The notes beneath the pieces were generated by a model. The model was not told the origin of the DNA. It searched no databases and was given only the letters and a program-made list of their open reading frames with translations. A DNA stretch of 64,000 bases from Sedimentisphaeraceae bacterium JB056 (GTDB lineage: Bacteria; Planctomycetota; Phycisphaerae; Sedimentisphaerales; Sedimentisphaeraceae), in NCBI GenBank assembly GCA_044440125.1, contig JBITAJ010000029.1, positions 1 to 64,000 of the forward strand. Direction: 5' to 3'. Each line of letters starts with the position of its first letter. Within the stretch, counting starts at the first letter, position 1. This document shows positions 38,219 through 48,819 of this stretch, piece after piece. The translations under genes and the position numbers were made by a program.

Positions 38219-39118
38219 ATGAGTCAGATAAAGCTTTATGATCGTGAGCCTATAGCGTTGATGCTTGATGAGTTTGGTTTTGCTGTTGAGAAATTCCCTG
38301 ATTGGGAGAGTTCCTGCATAGGATCACATGGTCATGATATCCTTGAGATGAACTATATTCTCAGGGGCAGAGCCGTTCAGACTGTAGCGGGTGTGGAGGT
38401 TGCCGTTGAGGCGGGTTCTTTGAGTGTTGTCAATTACGGCATGGAGCATGAGTTTTCTACCGAGCCGCAATCTACTATCGATATCATAAACATCTATATT
38501 GATATTCAGAAAGTGCGTCTGCCTCAGTTCGACCGGCAACTGAGGGAGCTTTTACGCGGCATAATCCCGCTTCATAAGATTTCCGCCAATAATCTCAATA
38601 AGGTTGTTTCGCTCAGGGTCAGTGATTCTGAAAAGTTTCAATGGCTTCTTGAGCAGATGATTGAAGAGAGTAAAGAGCGTAAAACCGGCTATAAGGTTGC
38701 ATTAGAGCAGTATTTTACTCAGTTTTTGATAATGCTTTGCAGGTTTTCGCAGGAAAACGGGCTAAGCAGGACAGCCGAGGCAGCATCCAGAGATATGGCA
38801 ATGATAGATAAACTGCTTGATTATATAGAAAACAACTGCCATAAACACCTCACTCTTGAGCGGCTTGCCGAATATTGCGGCATTGATAAACATTCTTTAT
38901 GCCGTAAATTCAGACGTGTTACAGGCAAAACTGTGTTTGAATATATAAAATCACGACGGCTTGAAGCGGCGATGTATGAGCTTAGAAGCACAGACAAGAA
39001 GATAATCGATATAGCACTTGATTGCGGATTTGCCAATATATCTAACTTCAACCGGTGCTTCAAAGAAGCAATAAAAGCCACCCCAACCGGGTATAGGTCC
39101 GAGTGGCTTGATAATTAA
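38219..39118 (+). CDS. AraC family transcriptional regulator
   Basis: Cupin H.H...E; C-terminal double HTH IALDCGF...SNFNRCFK. Confidence 0.92.
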   Translation: MSQIKLYDREPIALMLDEFGFAVEKFPDWESSCIGSHGHDILEMNYILRGRAVQTVAGVEVAVEAGSLSVVNYGMEHEFSTEPQSTIDIINIYIDIQKVRLPQFDRQLRELLRGIIPLHKISANNLNKVVSLRVSDSEKFQWLLEQMIEESKERKTGYKVALEQYFTQFLIMLCRFSQENGLSRTAEAASRDMAMIDKLLDYIENNCHKHLTLERLAEYCGIDKHSLCRKFRRVTGKTVFEYIKSRRLEAAMYELRSTDKKIIDIALDCGFANISNFNRCFKEAIKATPTGYRSEWLDN

Positions 39119-39148
39119 AAATTTACTTATCGAAATCTGACAGACTTG

Positions 39149-39373
39149 TTACCATTTAAATGGCTGTGGATTGTCGACATATTTTGCCTGGAAAACATCT
39201 TCCGGCGTTGTCAGGTATATAATGCCTTCGATTAGTCCGAGAATTGAGGGTATCCATGTCCAGCACAATGCGAGATAGATAATTCCCCATCCCCACTTAC
39301 CAAGGTAAAACTTGTGAACGCCAATCCCGCCAAGTAATATCCCGAACAAACCTGCCGCTAACTTATTTTTCAT
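39149..39373 (-). CDS. TM2 domain protein
   Basis: KLAAGLFGILLGGIGVHKFYLG. Confidence 0.9.
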   Translation of the reverse strand: MKNKLAAGLFGILLGGIGVHKFYLGKWGWGIIYLALCWTWIPSILGLIEGIIYLTTPEDVFQAKYVDNPQPFKW

Positions 39374-39653
39374 AATCTCCCTTTCAAAACATGTAAAATC
39401 ACAATAACTTTATTGACTATTTCTGTTCTTACTATACTCCGGAAACCATAATACCATAAAATGATGCGTTTTTTCAAGCTTTTTAATCAGTTTTTATGAG
39501 ATATAAGCCTTGTTTATTGTGTACTTTAAGTGTTTTTAAAAAAAGTCTTGAAAAAGGGGAATAAGTTTGATAAACTATACTGATAAAAAAATATCGATAT
39601 GTATATATCGTATATTCGTGTTTATAGAGTAATATTACAGGATGTGGATAAAA

Positions 39654-40307
39654 ATGGCAAAAGAAATTGGAAAATCGGTTCCCCAACCAACTATTCGTCG
39701 GTTGCCTTCGTATCTTCAGGTACTTCGCAACTGTCAGAAAAAGGGGCGTACTAACATAAGCAGCAGCTATATAGCCCAGCAGCTTCAGCTTGAGGCTATA
39801 CAGGTGAGAAAAGACCTCTCTGCTACCGGGATAACCGGTCAGGCGGGAGTGGGCTTTTCAGTTACAGCACTCATAAGTCATATTGAAGATTTTCTCGGCT
39901 GGGACAATACCCGTGATGCTTTTCTCATAGGATGCGGTAACTTAGGCTCGGCTTTGATAGGCTATGAAGGATTCAAGGCAAGGGGATTGAATATAATTGC
40001 CGGTTTCGATGTTGACAAGGATAAGGTCGGCAAGACTATATCTGGAAAGCTTATTTTTGAACTAGAAAAGCTTCCTGATCTTGTTAACAGAATGCACATC
40101 AAACTTGGTGTTTTGACAGTTCCGCCGGAAGTGTCGCAGGCTGTTGCCGAATATGCAGTTAAAGCAGGGATAAAAGCGATATGGAATTTCACATCTGTAA
40201 AGCTCGATCTTCCTGAGGACATAGTTGTTGAAAGAGTCGGGCTTGAATCAAGTCTGGCGGTTCTTTCAAGTAAGCTTAAGGAAAAACTCGATAACGAGAA
40301 AGAATAA
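39654..40307 (+). CDS. rex: Redox-sensing transcriptional repressor Rex
   Basis: TIRRLPSY, QVRKDLS, GCGNLG.AL, IKAIWNF. Confidence 0.95.
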   Translation: MAKEIGKSVPQPTIRRLPSYLQVLRNCQKKGRTNISSSYIAQQLQLEAIQVRKDLSATGITGQAGVGFSVTALISHIEDFLGWDNTRDAFLIGCGNLGSALIGYEGFKARGLNIIAGFDVDKDKVGKTISGKLIFELEKLPDLVNRMHIKLGVLTVPPEVSQAVAEYAVKAGIKAIWNFTSVKLDLPEDIVVERVGLESSLAVLSSKLKEKLDNEKE

Positions 40308-40570
40308 TGACAGATAAGACCAATGACATTATAGATGTAACAATATGTATGGGCAGCTCTTGTTTCTCACGAGGCAACAAGAAGACACTGAGCTTCATAC
40401 AGGAGTTTATTGTCACTAATGGTCTTGACGGCAAGATAAAGGTAACGGGAAGTTTATGTGAGGGTAAATGCAATTGCGGACCTCATATAACTGTCAATGG
40501 CAATAGGTACGACAATATCACGGCAGAGACAGCGATAGATATAATTCGAGGAGAGATGGAAAATAATTAA
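40307..40570 (+). CDS. Thioredoxin-like [2Fe-2S] protein (HfsA-like)
   Basis: ICMGSSCF.RG, LCEGKC..GP. Confidence 0.88.
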   Translation: MTDKTNDIIDVTICMGSSCFSRGNKKTLSFIQEFIVTNGLDGKIKVTGSLCEGKCNCGPHITVNGNRYDNITAETAIDIIRGEMENN

Positions 40571-40591
40571 GGATAAAGGCCAGGTGAGATA

Positions 40592-42322
40592 ATGGATTTC
40601 ATGAAACCAATATATACTGAAGCGGCAAAATGCCAGGACTGCTATAAATGTCTGAGGCAGTGTCCGGTGAAGGCTATAAAGATACAGGATGGTCACGCAA
40701 AGGTTATAAACGAGCTTTGTGTGATGTGCGGTCATTGTGTGCAGGTATGTCCTGTCGGGGCCAAGAAAATCCGTAACGATCTTGAGAGAGCCCGACTTCT
40801 GCTTAAGAGCGACAAGAAGGTTTATGTTTCTCTTGCTCCAAGTTTTGTTACTGAGTTTGCGGATGTTGAACCGGCCAAACTTGTTGCCGCGATAAATAAG
40901 CTTGGTTTTGACGGAGTCTCTGAAACGGCTCTTGGTGCTCAGGAAGTATCTGCTAATATTGGAAAGATAATCAGTGAAGGCAAGAAGGATGTTTACATAT
41001 CTTCGGCTTGTCCAACAATCGTTGAGTATATAAAAAAATATCGCCCGGAGTTTGCTGAAAAAGTTACAAACATGCTCTCCCCTGTACTTGCTCATTGCAA
41101 GATACTTCGAAAGACCTATGGCGATGACATTGCGATTGTTTTTGTAGGGCCCTGCATTGCAAAGAAGAGTGAATCTGATATGTTCCCGCAACTTATGGAT
41201 ATCTCAATAACATTCAAAGACCTGAGGCTGTGGTTTGAAGTTGAAAACATTGAGCTTGAAAAGGTAGAGGCCAGAGAAGACTTTGTTCCCCGCGGTGCTC
41301 AGGAAGGGGCATTGTATCCGATAGACGGTGGAATGATAGCGGGAATAAAAGCCAATTGCAGTGTCAATGATGCGCAGTTCATGGCTTTTTCAGGTATGGA
41401 TGATATAAGGAAAGTGCTTGATGAACTTGATACATCAAAGCTCAAAGGGCCTTTGTTCCTTGAGCTTCTTGCATGCGACGGCGGATGCGTCAACGGGCCG
41501 GCGGTATCAAAAGATTCCGGTACTGCGATGAAACGTTATGATGTTATAGACTACTCAAAATATCCTGATGTGAATATTCCGCGAAAGCCGGAAGTAGAGA
41601 TTGGTACTGATTGGAAAATTGAGCCGGTAAAGCATGCGGAACATACAGAGCAGGAGATAAGAGATGCTTTGCGTTCTGTTGGCAAATACAAGGCCGAGGA
41701 TGAACTCAATTGCAGTGGCTGCGGATATGATTCATGCCGTGAGTTTGCCAAAGCTTTGCTTGATGGACGCGCTGAACCGAGTATGTGCGTCAGTTATATG
41801 CGGCAGTTGGCACATAAGAAAGCCGATGCTCTTATAAAGACTATGCCAAGTGGTGTTGTCATAGTCGATCAGAAACTTGAGATACTTGAGTGCAACAGGA
41901 AGTTTGCAGAACTTCTTGGCGAAGAAACTCTTAAACTTTACGATGATATGCCCGGTCTTGAGAAGGCTGTTTTGGAAAAAATACTGCCGTTTGCAAATAT
42001 ATTCAAGCAGGTTCTCAACAGCGGAGAGAAAGTTGTTGAGAAGAATATAAAGCTTGAGAATATAATTCTGCATGTAACTGTGTTTACAATAGAACCGCAT
42101 AGACTTGTCGGCGGATTCCTGCAGGATATTACTGTTCCTGCCGTGCAGAAGCAGCAGATTATAAACAAGGCAAAGGAAGTAATAGAGAAGAATCTTTCTA
42201 CGGTGCAGCAGATTGCTTATCTGCTTGGTGAGAATGCTTCTGAATCAGAAGTGATACTTAATTCAATAGTAGGTTCTTTCGGGACTGATACTATAGAAGG
42301 CAAGAAAGATGACAAGGACTGA
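40592..42322 (+). CDS. Putative sensory [FeFe]-hydrogenase (group C, HydS/HfsB-like) with PAS domain
   Basis: 2x[4Fe-4S]; variant H-cluster motifs SSACP, GPCIAKKSE, ELLACDGGCVNGP; CSGCGYDSC; C-terminal PAS. Confidence 0.88.
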   Translation: MDFMKPIYTEAAKCQDCYKCLRQCPVKAIKIQDGHAKVINELCVMCGHCVQVCPVGAKKIRNDLERARLLLKSDKKVYVSLAPSFVTEFADVEPAKLVAAINKLGFDGVSETALGAQEVSANIGKIISEGKKDVYISSACPTIVEYIKKYRPEFAEKVTNMLSPVLAHCKILRKTYGDDIAIVFVGPCIAKKSESDMFPQLMDISITFKDLRLWFEVENIELEKVEAREDFVPRGAQEGALYPIDGGMIAGIKANCSVNDAQFMAFSGMDDIRKVLDELDTSKLKGPLFLELLACDGGCVNGPAVSKDSGTAMKRYDVIDYSKYPDVNIPRKPEVEIGTDWKIEPVKHAEHTEQEIRDALRSVGKYKAEDELNCSGCGYDSCREFAKALLDGRAEPSMCVSYMRQLAHKKADALIKTMPSGVVIVDQKLEILECNRKFAELLGEETLKLYDDMPGLEKAVLEKILPFANIFKQVLNSGEKVVEKNIKLENIILHVTVFTIEPHRLVGGFLQDITVPAVQKQQIINKAKEVIEKNLSTVQQIAYLLGENASESEVILNSIVGSFGTDTIEGKKDDKD

Positions 42323-43499
42323 GGAAGTATTTGTAGAGGTCGATTTTTCGCAAGAGAACAAGGCCGGCCAGACCGCTGCCGGTGATGTGTTTCTCTCGCA
42401 TAGAGATAAGGGCAGTGAACGGACTATCTGTATACTTGCCGATGGTCTTGGCAGCGGCATAAAGGCAAATGTCCTTGCTACGCTTACGGCAACGATGGCG
42501 ATGAAATATGTGACATCGGACATAGATCCGCAGAAAGCCGCTGAAATCATCATGGCTACTTTGCCTGTGTGCAGTACAAGGAAAATTGGATATTCAACAT
42601 TTACAATAATAGATATCCAGCCTCAGAGGAAGGTGAGGGTGATCGAATATGATAATCCTCCATATCTGCTGATAAGAGATGGTAAAGATATAAAAATTGA
42701 AAAAGAGCGTTTTACTATAAAGACAGTTACTACCGGTGAGCGAGAACTTTTTTATAGTGACTTTATTGCAAAAGAAAATGACCGCATAGTGTTTTTCAGT
42801 GATGGTGTCACACAGTCGGGAATGGGCAGCGATGTCATGCCGCTTGGCTGGATGAACGGCGGAGCATCTGCTTGTGTTGTTGATAATTGCAGGCAGGACC
42901 CTGGAATATCAGCAAGATACCTGAGCAGAAAAGTAGTTGAAAGAGCGTTAAAGAACGATCAGTTGAAAGCGAAGGACGACATAAGCTGTGCGGTAGTCAG
43001 TTTCAGGAAGCCGAGAAAGACCCTTGTAGTAACGGGGCCGCCTTTTGACAAGAAGAATGATGCTGTGCTTGCGAGAAAGTTTCAGGAATATAATGGACGC
43101 AAGGTTATATGCGGCGGTACTACTGCCAACATAATCGCAAGAGAGACAGGAAAGCACATCGGGCTTGATCTTTCGAACTTATGGCCTGATATTCCGCCTA
43201 AGTCGAAAATGTCAGGAGCCGATCTTGTTACCGAAGGAACGCTGACGCTTAACAAGACCCTTGAGATATTGAAAAGCGGTAAAGATCCGGATAAACTTCG
43301 ACAGGATCCTGCGTCTGAGCTTGTGAAAATATTCCTGGAAAGCGATGTGATAAATTTTATTGTCGGAACAAAAATTAATGAAGCTCATCAGGACCCGACA
43401 TTACCTGAAGCGCTTGATATAAGACGTAATTTGCTTAAGTCGATGGTGAAGGTTTTGAATGACAAATATCTTAAAGAAGCAAATATTGAATTGATATAA
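42309..43499 (+). CDS. SpoIIE/PP2C-family Ser/Thr phosphatase (HfsC-like)
   Basis: DGLGSGIKA, FSDGVT, KDDIS. Confidence 0.9.
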   Translation: MTRTEEVFVEVDFSQENKAGQTAAGDVFLSHRDKGSERTICILADGLGSGIKANVLATLTATMAMKYVTSDIDPQKAAEIIMATLPVCSTRKIGYSTFTIIDIQPQRKVRVIEYDNPPYLLIRDGKDIKIEKERFTIKTVTTGERELFYSDFIAKENDRIVFFSDGVTQSGMGSDVMPLGWMNGGASACVVDNCRQDPGISARYLSRKVVERALKNDQLKAKDDISCAVVSFRKPRKTLVVTGPPFDKKNDAVLARKFQEYNGRKVICGGTTANIIARETGKHIGLDLSNLWPDIPPKSKMSGADLVTEGTLTLNKTLEILKSGKDPDKLRQDPASELVKIFLESDVINFIVGTKINEAHQDPTLPEALDIRRNLLKSMVKVLNDKYLKEANIELI

Positions 43500-43583
43500 A
43501 GTGAATTTGAAAGTTAAAGTTTTATCTTTAGCTGAATTTGAATCTATATTCTTAAAGTAATATATAAACAGAGGAAAATTAAA

Positions 43584-44078
43584 ATGTCTTGCGAAGGCTG
43601 CAAACAGAAAAAATTTGAAAAAGTGTGTCAGATTATAGCTGAGCATGGTGATGATAAGTCAAAGTTGATACCGATTCTTCATGCTGTTCAGCGTGAGTAC
43701 CGATATCTGCCCGAAGAAATATTGACATATGTTTCTATGAGGCTTAATCTCCCGCCGGCAAAGGTGTATGGAGTTGCAAGTTTTTATGCTCACTATGCCC
43801 TTAAGCCAAAGGGTAAATATGTGATTCATATATGCGATGGTACTGCGTGCCATGTTAAAGGTTCAATCGCGATACTTGATGCTATGTATGAGAAGCTTGG
43901 ATTGAGCAAGGATAAGCCGACAAGCGATGATATGCTTTTCACTGTTGAGACAGTGAGTTGTCTTGGTGCTTGCGGAATGGCTCCGGTTATTACTATAAAT
44001 GAAGATGTGCATGGATTGGTAACACCCGATTCTGCTGTAGCTCTTCTGGATGATATCATAGAGAAAGAAGCTAAATAA
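43584..44078 (+). CDS. hydC: Bifurcating [FeFe]-hydrogenase gamma subunit (NuoE-like)
   Basis: CDGTACHVKG, CLGACG.AP. Confidence 0.9.
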   Translation: MSCEGCKQKKFEKVCQIIAEHGDDKSKLIPILHAVQREYRYLPEEILTYVSMRLNLPPAKVYGVASFYAHYALKPKGKYVIHICDGTACHVKGSIAILDAMYEKLGLSKDKPTSDDMLFTVETVSCLGACGMAPVITINEDVHGLVTPDSAVALLDDIIEKEAK

Positions 44079-44090
44079 ACAGGTGAATAA

Positions 44091-45992
44091 ATGCTAACAG
44101 GAAAAGTTGATCTTGAAAATATAAGAGATGAGTATCTCAAGTCATACGAGAAGCTCGACAAACATATAGTAGTTTGTGCAGGTACTGCCTGCATGGCCAA
44201 CGGGTCGCAGAAAGTGTATGATGCTCTCGTTGAAGAGATAGAGAAAAAAGGACTCAATGTTTCAGTAAAACTTCAGAAGTGTGAAGACAATAAAGCTGAT
44301 GTGTTGATGAGCAAGAGTGGATGCCGCGGCTTCTGTCAGGTAGGTCCGCTTGTTACGATACGTCCTCATGAACTTCATTACGTACATGTTAAACCTGAGG
44401 ATGCTAAAGAGATAGTGGAGAGGTCTGTTGCAGAAGATCAGACTATAGAACGCCTTCTCTATACAGATCCTTCAACAGGAAGCAAATGTGCGACAACAAA
44501 AGATATACCGTTCTACACTCAGCAGACAAGATATGTGATTGAGCAGTGCGGTAAGATAGACGCTGAAGATATCAATGAATACATCGCTAAAGATGGTTAC
44601 TTCTCAGCACGCAAGGCGTACACAGAAATGGAGCCACAGGCGATATGTGATACTGTTCAAGAGTCAGGCCTTCGCGGTCGAGGCGGCGGCGGTTTTCCAA
44701 CCGGTCGTAAATGGGCTTTGACTTTACCTCAGCCGGGTGAAAAGAAATTCGTTATTTGCAATGGTGATGAAGGTGATCCAGGCGCGTTTATGGATCGAAG
44801 CCTTATGGAAGGTAATCCGCACAGGGTTCTTGAGGGCATGATGATTGCAGCAAGAGCTATAGGTGCAGATGAAGGATATATATATGTTCGTGCAGAATAT
44901 CCACTGGCCGTCTCGCGTATTCAGAATGCTGTTGCCGAAGCAGAGAAGATCGGTATTCTCGGTGAAAATATTTTCGGCTGCGGCAAGAATCTTAAACTGC
45001 ATGTAATGGAAGGGGCGGGAGCTTTTGTCTGTGGTGAAGAAACCGCATTGATCGCTTCCATAGAAGGGCTTAGAGGAATGCCCAGACCCAAGCCTCCATT
45101 CCCTGCTCAGAGCGGCTTGTGGGGTAAGCCTACATGTATCAATAACGTTGAAACATTGGCGACAGTTCCTCTTATCATCGCTTCCGGAGCCGATAAGTTC
45201 CGTGAGAATGGAACAGAAGGTTCACCTGGTACAAAGACATTTGCTCTTACCGGTCATGTTGCCAATACCGGCCTGATCGAGGTTCCATTCGGTGGAACTG
45301 TTCGTGATGTTGTATTCGGTATCGGCGGCGGAGTAACAGACTCAAATGGCAAGATAATGGAAGACGGTTTCAAGGCCGTACAGTGCGGCGGTCCTTCCGG
45401 CGGCTGTCTTACTGCAGACCATCTTGATTTGCCTGTTGATTTTGATTCGCTCAGAAGTATCGGTGCTATGGTCGGTTCGGGCGGGCTTGTTGTAATGAAC
45501 AAGAATACCTGTATGGTTCAGATCGCACACTTCTTTATGCAGTTTACGCAAAATGAATCTTGTGGAAAATGCGTGCCTTGTCGTGAAGGTACTAAGCAAA
45601 TGCTGAGACTGCTGGAAGATATTATAAACGGTGAGGGAACCCTTGAGACGATAGCTCTGCTCGAAAGAGTGGCTAATGCTGTAGGTAAGGGTTCGCTTTG
45701 CGGACTTGGCAAAACCGCTCCCAATCCTGTGCTTACAACATTGCGGTTCTTCCGTGATGAATATATTGCACATGTGGTTGACAAGAAATGTCCGGCGGGT
45801 CAGTGCAAGGCTCTTGCTATGCCTGAGATTGATCCGGATAAGTGTATAGGGTGCGGCCTTTGTGCGAGAAAGTGTCCGGTTGATGCAATAGCCGGAGAGA
45901 AAAAGAAAGTGCATGTTATCGATGAAGATAAATGTATTAAGTGCGGCGCTTGTGCTGAAGCTTGTAAATTTAACGCTGTAATCGGGATCTGA
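44091..45992 (+). CDS. hydB: Bifurcating [FeFe]-hydrogenase beta subunit (NuoF-like)
   Basis: GLRGRGGGGFP, NGDEGDPG, CGEETAL, ESCGKCVPCREG, C-terminal 2x[4Fe-4S]. Confidence 0.93.
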   Translation: MLTGKVDLENIRDEYLKSYEKLDKHIVVCAGTACMANGSQKVYDALVEEIEKKGLNVSVKLQKCEDNKADVLMSKSGCRGFCQVGPLVTIRPHELHYVHVKPEDAKEIVERSVAEDQTIERLLYTDPSTGSKCATTKDIPFYTQQTRYVIEQCGKIDAEDINEYIAKDGYFSARKAYTEMEPQAICDTVQESGLRGRGGGGFPTGRKWALTLPQPGEKKFVICNGDEGDPGAFMDRSLMEGNPHRVLEGMMIAARAIGADEGYIYVRAEYPLAVSRIQNAVAEAEKIGILGENIFGCGKNLKLHVMEGAGAFVCGEETALIASIEGLRGMPRPKPPFPAQSGLWGKPTCINNVETLATVPLIIASGADKFRENGTEGSPGTKTFALTGHVANTGLIEVPFGGTVRDVVFGIGGGVTDSNGKIMEDGFKAVQCGGPSGGCLTADHLDLPVDFDSLRSIGAMVGSGGLVVMNKNTCMVQIAHFFMQFTQNESCGKCVPCREGTKQMLRLLEDIINGEGTLETIALLERVANAVGKGSLCGLGKTAPNPVLTTLRFFRDEYIAHVVDKKCPAGQCKALAMPEIDPDKCIGCGLCARKCPVDAIAGEKKKVHVIDEDKCIKCGACAEACKFNAVIGI

Positions 45993-45994
45993 AA

Positions 45995-47998
45995 ATGAAT
46001 AATGAGAAAAAATATTTAACGATAGACGGACGCAAAGTTGAAATCGGTAACGAACGCAACTTGCTTGAAATAATAAGACGAATAGGTATCGATCTTCCGA
46101 CATTCTGTTACCATTCCGAGCTTAGTATCTACGGTGCATGTCGTTTGTGCGTTGTGGATATTGACGGCCTTGGCATCGTTACTTCATGCAGTACTATGCC
46201 GCAGGAAGGAATGGTTGTTCGCACGAATACAAATGAGCTTCGCGAGATGAGAAAGGTTTACATTAAGCTTCTTCTTGCAAATCATCACCAGAGCTGTACT
46301 ACTTGTTCCAAGAGCAGTGCATGTCGTCTGCAGGATCTCGCTAACAGGCTCAGCATACGTGATATTCCTTTCGCTAAGGATTATGTACCGAAGCCGATTG
46401 ACGATACCAGCCCTTCACTGATTCGCGACCCTAACAAGTGTGTGCTTTGCGGCGACTGTGTTAGAGCCTGTGAAGAGATACAGGGAGTTGGCGCGATAGA
46501 TTTTGCTAATCGAGGAGCCAATACGGTTGTCTCTCCTGCGTTTCTGAAAAATCTTGACGCAGTTGAATGCGTATATTGCGGTCTTTGCGCGAGTGTTTGT
46601 CCGACAGGTGCAATTACTCCCAAGCCTGAAATCGAAAAGGTATGGACTGCGCTCAACGATGAAAAGAAAACCGTTGTAGTTCAGATAGCACCTGCCGTAC
46701 GTGTTGCTCTCGGTGAGATGTTCGGACAGGAAGCTGGTACGATAACTACAGGCAAGATGGTGGCTGCGTTGAAGCTTCTTGGTTTTGATCAGGTTTACGA
46801 TACATCTTTTGCAGCGGACCTCACTGTACTGGAAGAAGCCAATGAGTTTATTGCCCGCAAGACTAAGGGCCAAAAGCTCCCATTGTTTACATCATGCTGT
46901 CCGGCTTGGGTTAAGTATGCAGAACAGTTCTACCCGGATCTTCTGCCAAACCTTTCTTCTTGCAAGTCTCCTCAGCAGATGTTTGGTTCAGTAGCGAGGG
47001 AAAGCTTGCCGAAGGCTCTCGGTGTTGAGAATAAAGATCTCTACATTGTATCTATTATGCCTTGTACTGCCAAGAAATTTGAAGCACAGCGTGATGAGTT
47101 TAAGACCGATGAAAATAGAGATGTCGATGCAGTGATCACAACTCAGGAACTTGGCAGAATGATAAAGGAAACCGGTATTCAGTTCAATACCCTTACTCCT
47201 GAATCACTCGATATGCCGCTTGGCTTCAAGACTGGAGCAGGTGTTATATTCGGTACTACCGGCGGTGTCAGCGAAGCGGTACTCAGATATGCTACCGAGA
47301 AACTCACTGGTGAGAAACTTCATAACTCAGACTTCAATGAAGTTCGCGGCATGGATGGTATGCGTGTGCTTGAGACAAGCATTGGCGGTATCAATCTTAA
47401 GCTTGCTATCGTTCACAGCCTTAAGAACGCATGCAAAGTTGCAGAGATGATACGCAAGGGCGAGTGTGATTTTGATTTTGTAGAAGTTATGGCTTGTCCG
47501 GGTGGATGTATTGCCGGTGCCGGTCAACCGGTTAGCTGGGATGCAGACGTCAAGAATAAACGCCGTAAGGGTCTTTACAATACAGACAAGCAGCTTCAAC
47601 TGCATAAATCACAGGATAACCCGTTCATCAACAAGTGCTATGAAGAAAATCTTGGCGGTGAAGTTGGCGGTCATAAGGCACACGAGCTTCTGCATACTGA
47701 ATATAAGACACGTCGCAGGATAACCGATCAGAATATTGAGATGGGTGATAAAGCTGACGGCAAACTTAACGTCAGTGTTTGTGTGGGAACAAGCTGTCAT
47801 ATCAAAGGCTCGCAGACGATCCTGCAAGGGTTGATGGCTTATGTTCGTGACAATCAGCTTGATGACAAGGTTAATATCCAGGCTACTTTCTGCTTCGAGA
47901 ATTGCGGTCAGGCTCCAAACGTAAAGATTGGAGATTCGCTGCTGAGCAAGTGTACGCTTGAAAGCGTCATTGAAGAAGTAGACAAGAATATAAAATAA
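45995..47998 (+). CDS. hydA: [FeFe]-hydrogenase catalytic subunit (group A) with C-terminal [2Fe-2S] domain
   Basis: TSCCPAW, MPCTAKKFE, EVMACPGGCIAGAGQP. Confidence 0.95.
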   Translation: MNNEKKYLTIDGRKVEIGNERNLLEIIRRIGIDLPTFCYHSELSIYGACRLCVVDIDGLGIVTSCSTMPQEGMVVRTNTNELREMRKVYIKLLLANHHQSCTTCSKSSACRLQDLANRLSIRDIPFAKDYVPKPIDDTSPSLIRDPNKCVLCGDCVRACEEIQGVGAIDFANRGANTVVSPAFLKNLDAVECVYCGLCASVCPTGAITPKPEIEKVWTALNDEKKTVVVQIAPAVRVALGEMFGQEAGTITTGKMVAALKLLGFDQVYDTSFAADLTVLEEANEFIARKTKGQKLPLFTSCCPAWVKYAEQFYPDLLPNLSSCKSPQQMFGSVARESLPKALGVENKDLYIVSIMPCTAKKFEAQRDEFKTDENRDVDAVITTQELGRMIKETGIQFNTLTPESLDMPLGFKTGAGVIFGTTGGVSEAVLRYATEKLTGEKLHNSDFNEVRGMDGMRVLETSIGGINLKLAIVHSLKNACKVAEMIRKGECDFDFVEVMACPGGCIAGAGQPVSWDADVKNKRRKGLYNTDKQLQLHKSQDNPFINKCYEENLGGEVGGHKAHELLHTEYKTRRRITDQNIEMGDKADGKLNVSVCVGTSCHIKGSQTILQGLMAYVRDNQLDDKVNIQATFCFENCGQAPNVKIGDSLLSKCTLESVIEEVDKNIK

Positions 47999-48022
47999 GA
48001 GAAGTCCAAAAATAATCTCACG

Positions 48023-48053
48023 AAAGCCGCTGTGAAACCCATGGCGGCTTTTT
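48023..48053 (+). terminator. Terminator between convergent genes
   Basis: AAAGCCGCTGTG...CATGGCGGCTTTTT. Confidence 0.75.
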
Positions 48054-48819
48054 ATTTTTTATGGGCCGATATCATTAGTGGGTAATACATTCCAAGTGAG
48101 CTTAATGCAGAAAGCATGATCTTTCTTAAGGGTTCAACACGGCATATTGCAGTGACTGCCTTTCGGAGAAAACGATTCTTGATTTTAGATGCTTCTGCGA
48201 TGGTGAATTTTCCGGCGAATTCTTTTTTGCCGTCACTTATCAATTCCATCTTATCGCTGTTGTTACGGCAGATACGTCTTATGTCGGCGGGTTTGATTAT
48301 ATTGAGTGATTCATAATAATCGGTGTATCTACCCAGCATCTTCAGGTATATACGGCCGGATGATTTGGTCAAAAACGGCAGCCAGATTATCTTGTAATGA
48401 CCTTCATAGAATGATTTATAGTTTGGGAATTTATGACACATCCTGCCATCGTGCTTTAGAACTCGAAGACTCTCTGAGATAAATCTTTCAATCGATTCCA
48501 CATGTTCGAGTACCTGGAATGAAACTATATAGTCAAAGCTTTCGTCATCGAATGGTATGTTGAGGCCATCATAAAGCTTGAGGTCCATTTCAGGGAAGAG
48601 GGTACTTGTTTTCTCGTAGACCGGCGGGCGTACTTCCAGACCGGCAACTATCATGCCGGCTTTCTGACATTGTTTTAGAAACAGGCCGTTGCCGAATCCA
48701 AGTTCGAGTATTTTCTTGCCGGACAGGTCGCTTGCATCAACCCCGCAATCGGCTGCGAATCTGTTGAATTGTTCGTTGGCTCTGCGGTCTATATCCATAC
48801 ACTTACCATTGGATGCCAA
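48052..48819 (-). CDS. Class I SAM-dependent methyltransferase (start may be 48798)
   Basis: ILELGFGNG, PFDDESFD, QVLEHV. Confidence 0.88.
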   Translation of the reverse strand: MASNGKCMDIDRRANEQFNRFAADCGVDASDLSGKKILELGFGNGLFLKQCQKAGMIVAGLEVRPPVYEKTSTLFPEMDLKLYDGLNIPFDDESFDYIVSFQVLEHVESIERFISESLRVLKHDGRMCHKFPNYKSFYEGHYKIIWLPFLTKSSGRIYLKMLGRYTDYYESLNIIKPADIRRICRNNSDKMELISDGKKEFAGKFTIAEASKIKNRFLRKAVTAICRVEPLRKIMLSALSSLGMYYPLMISAHKK

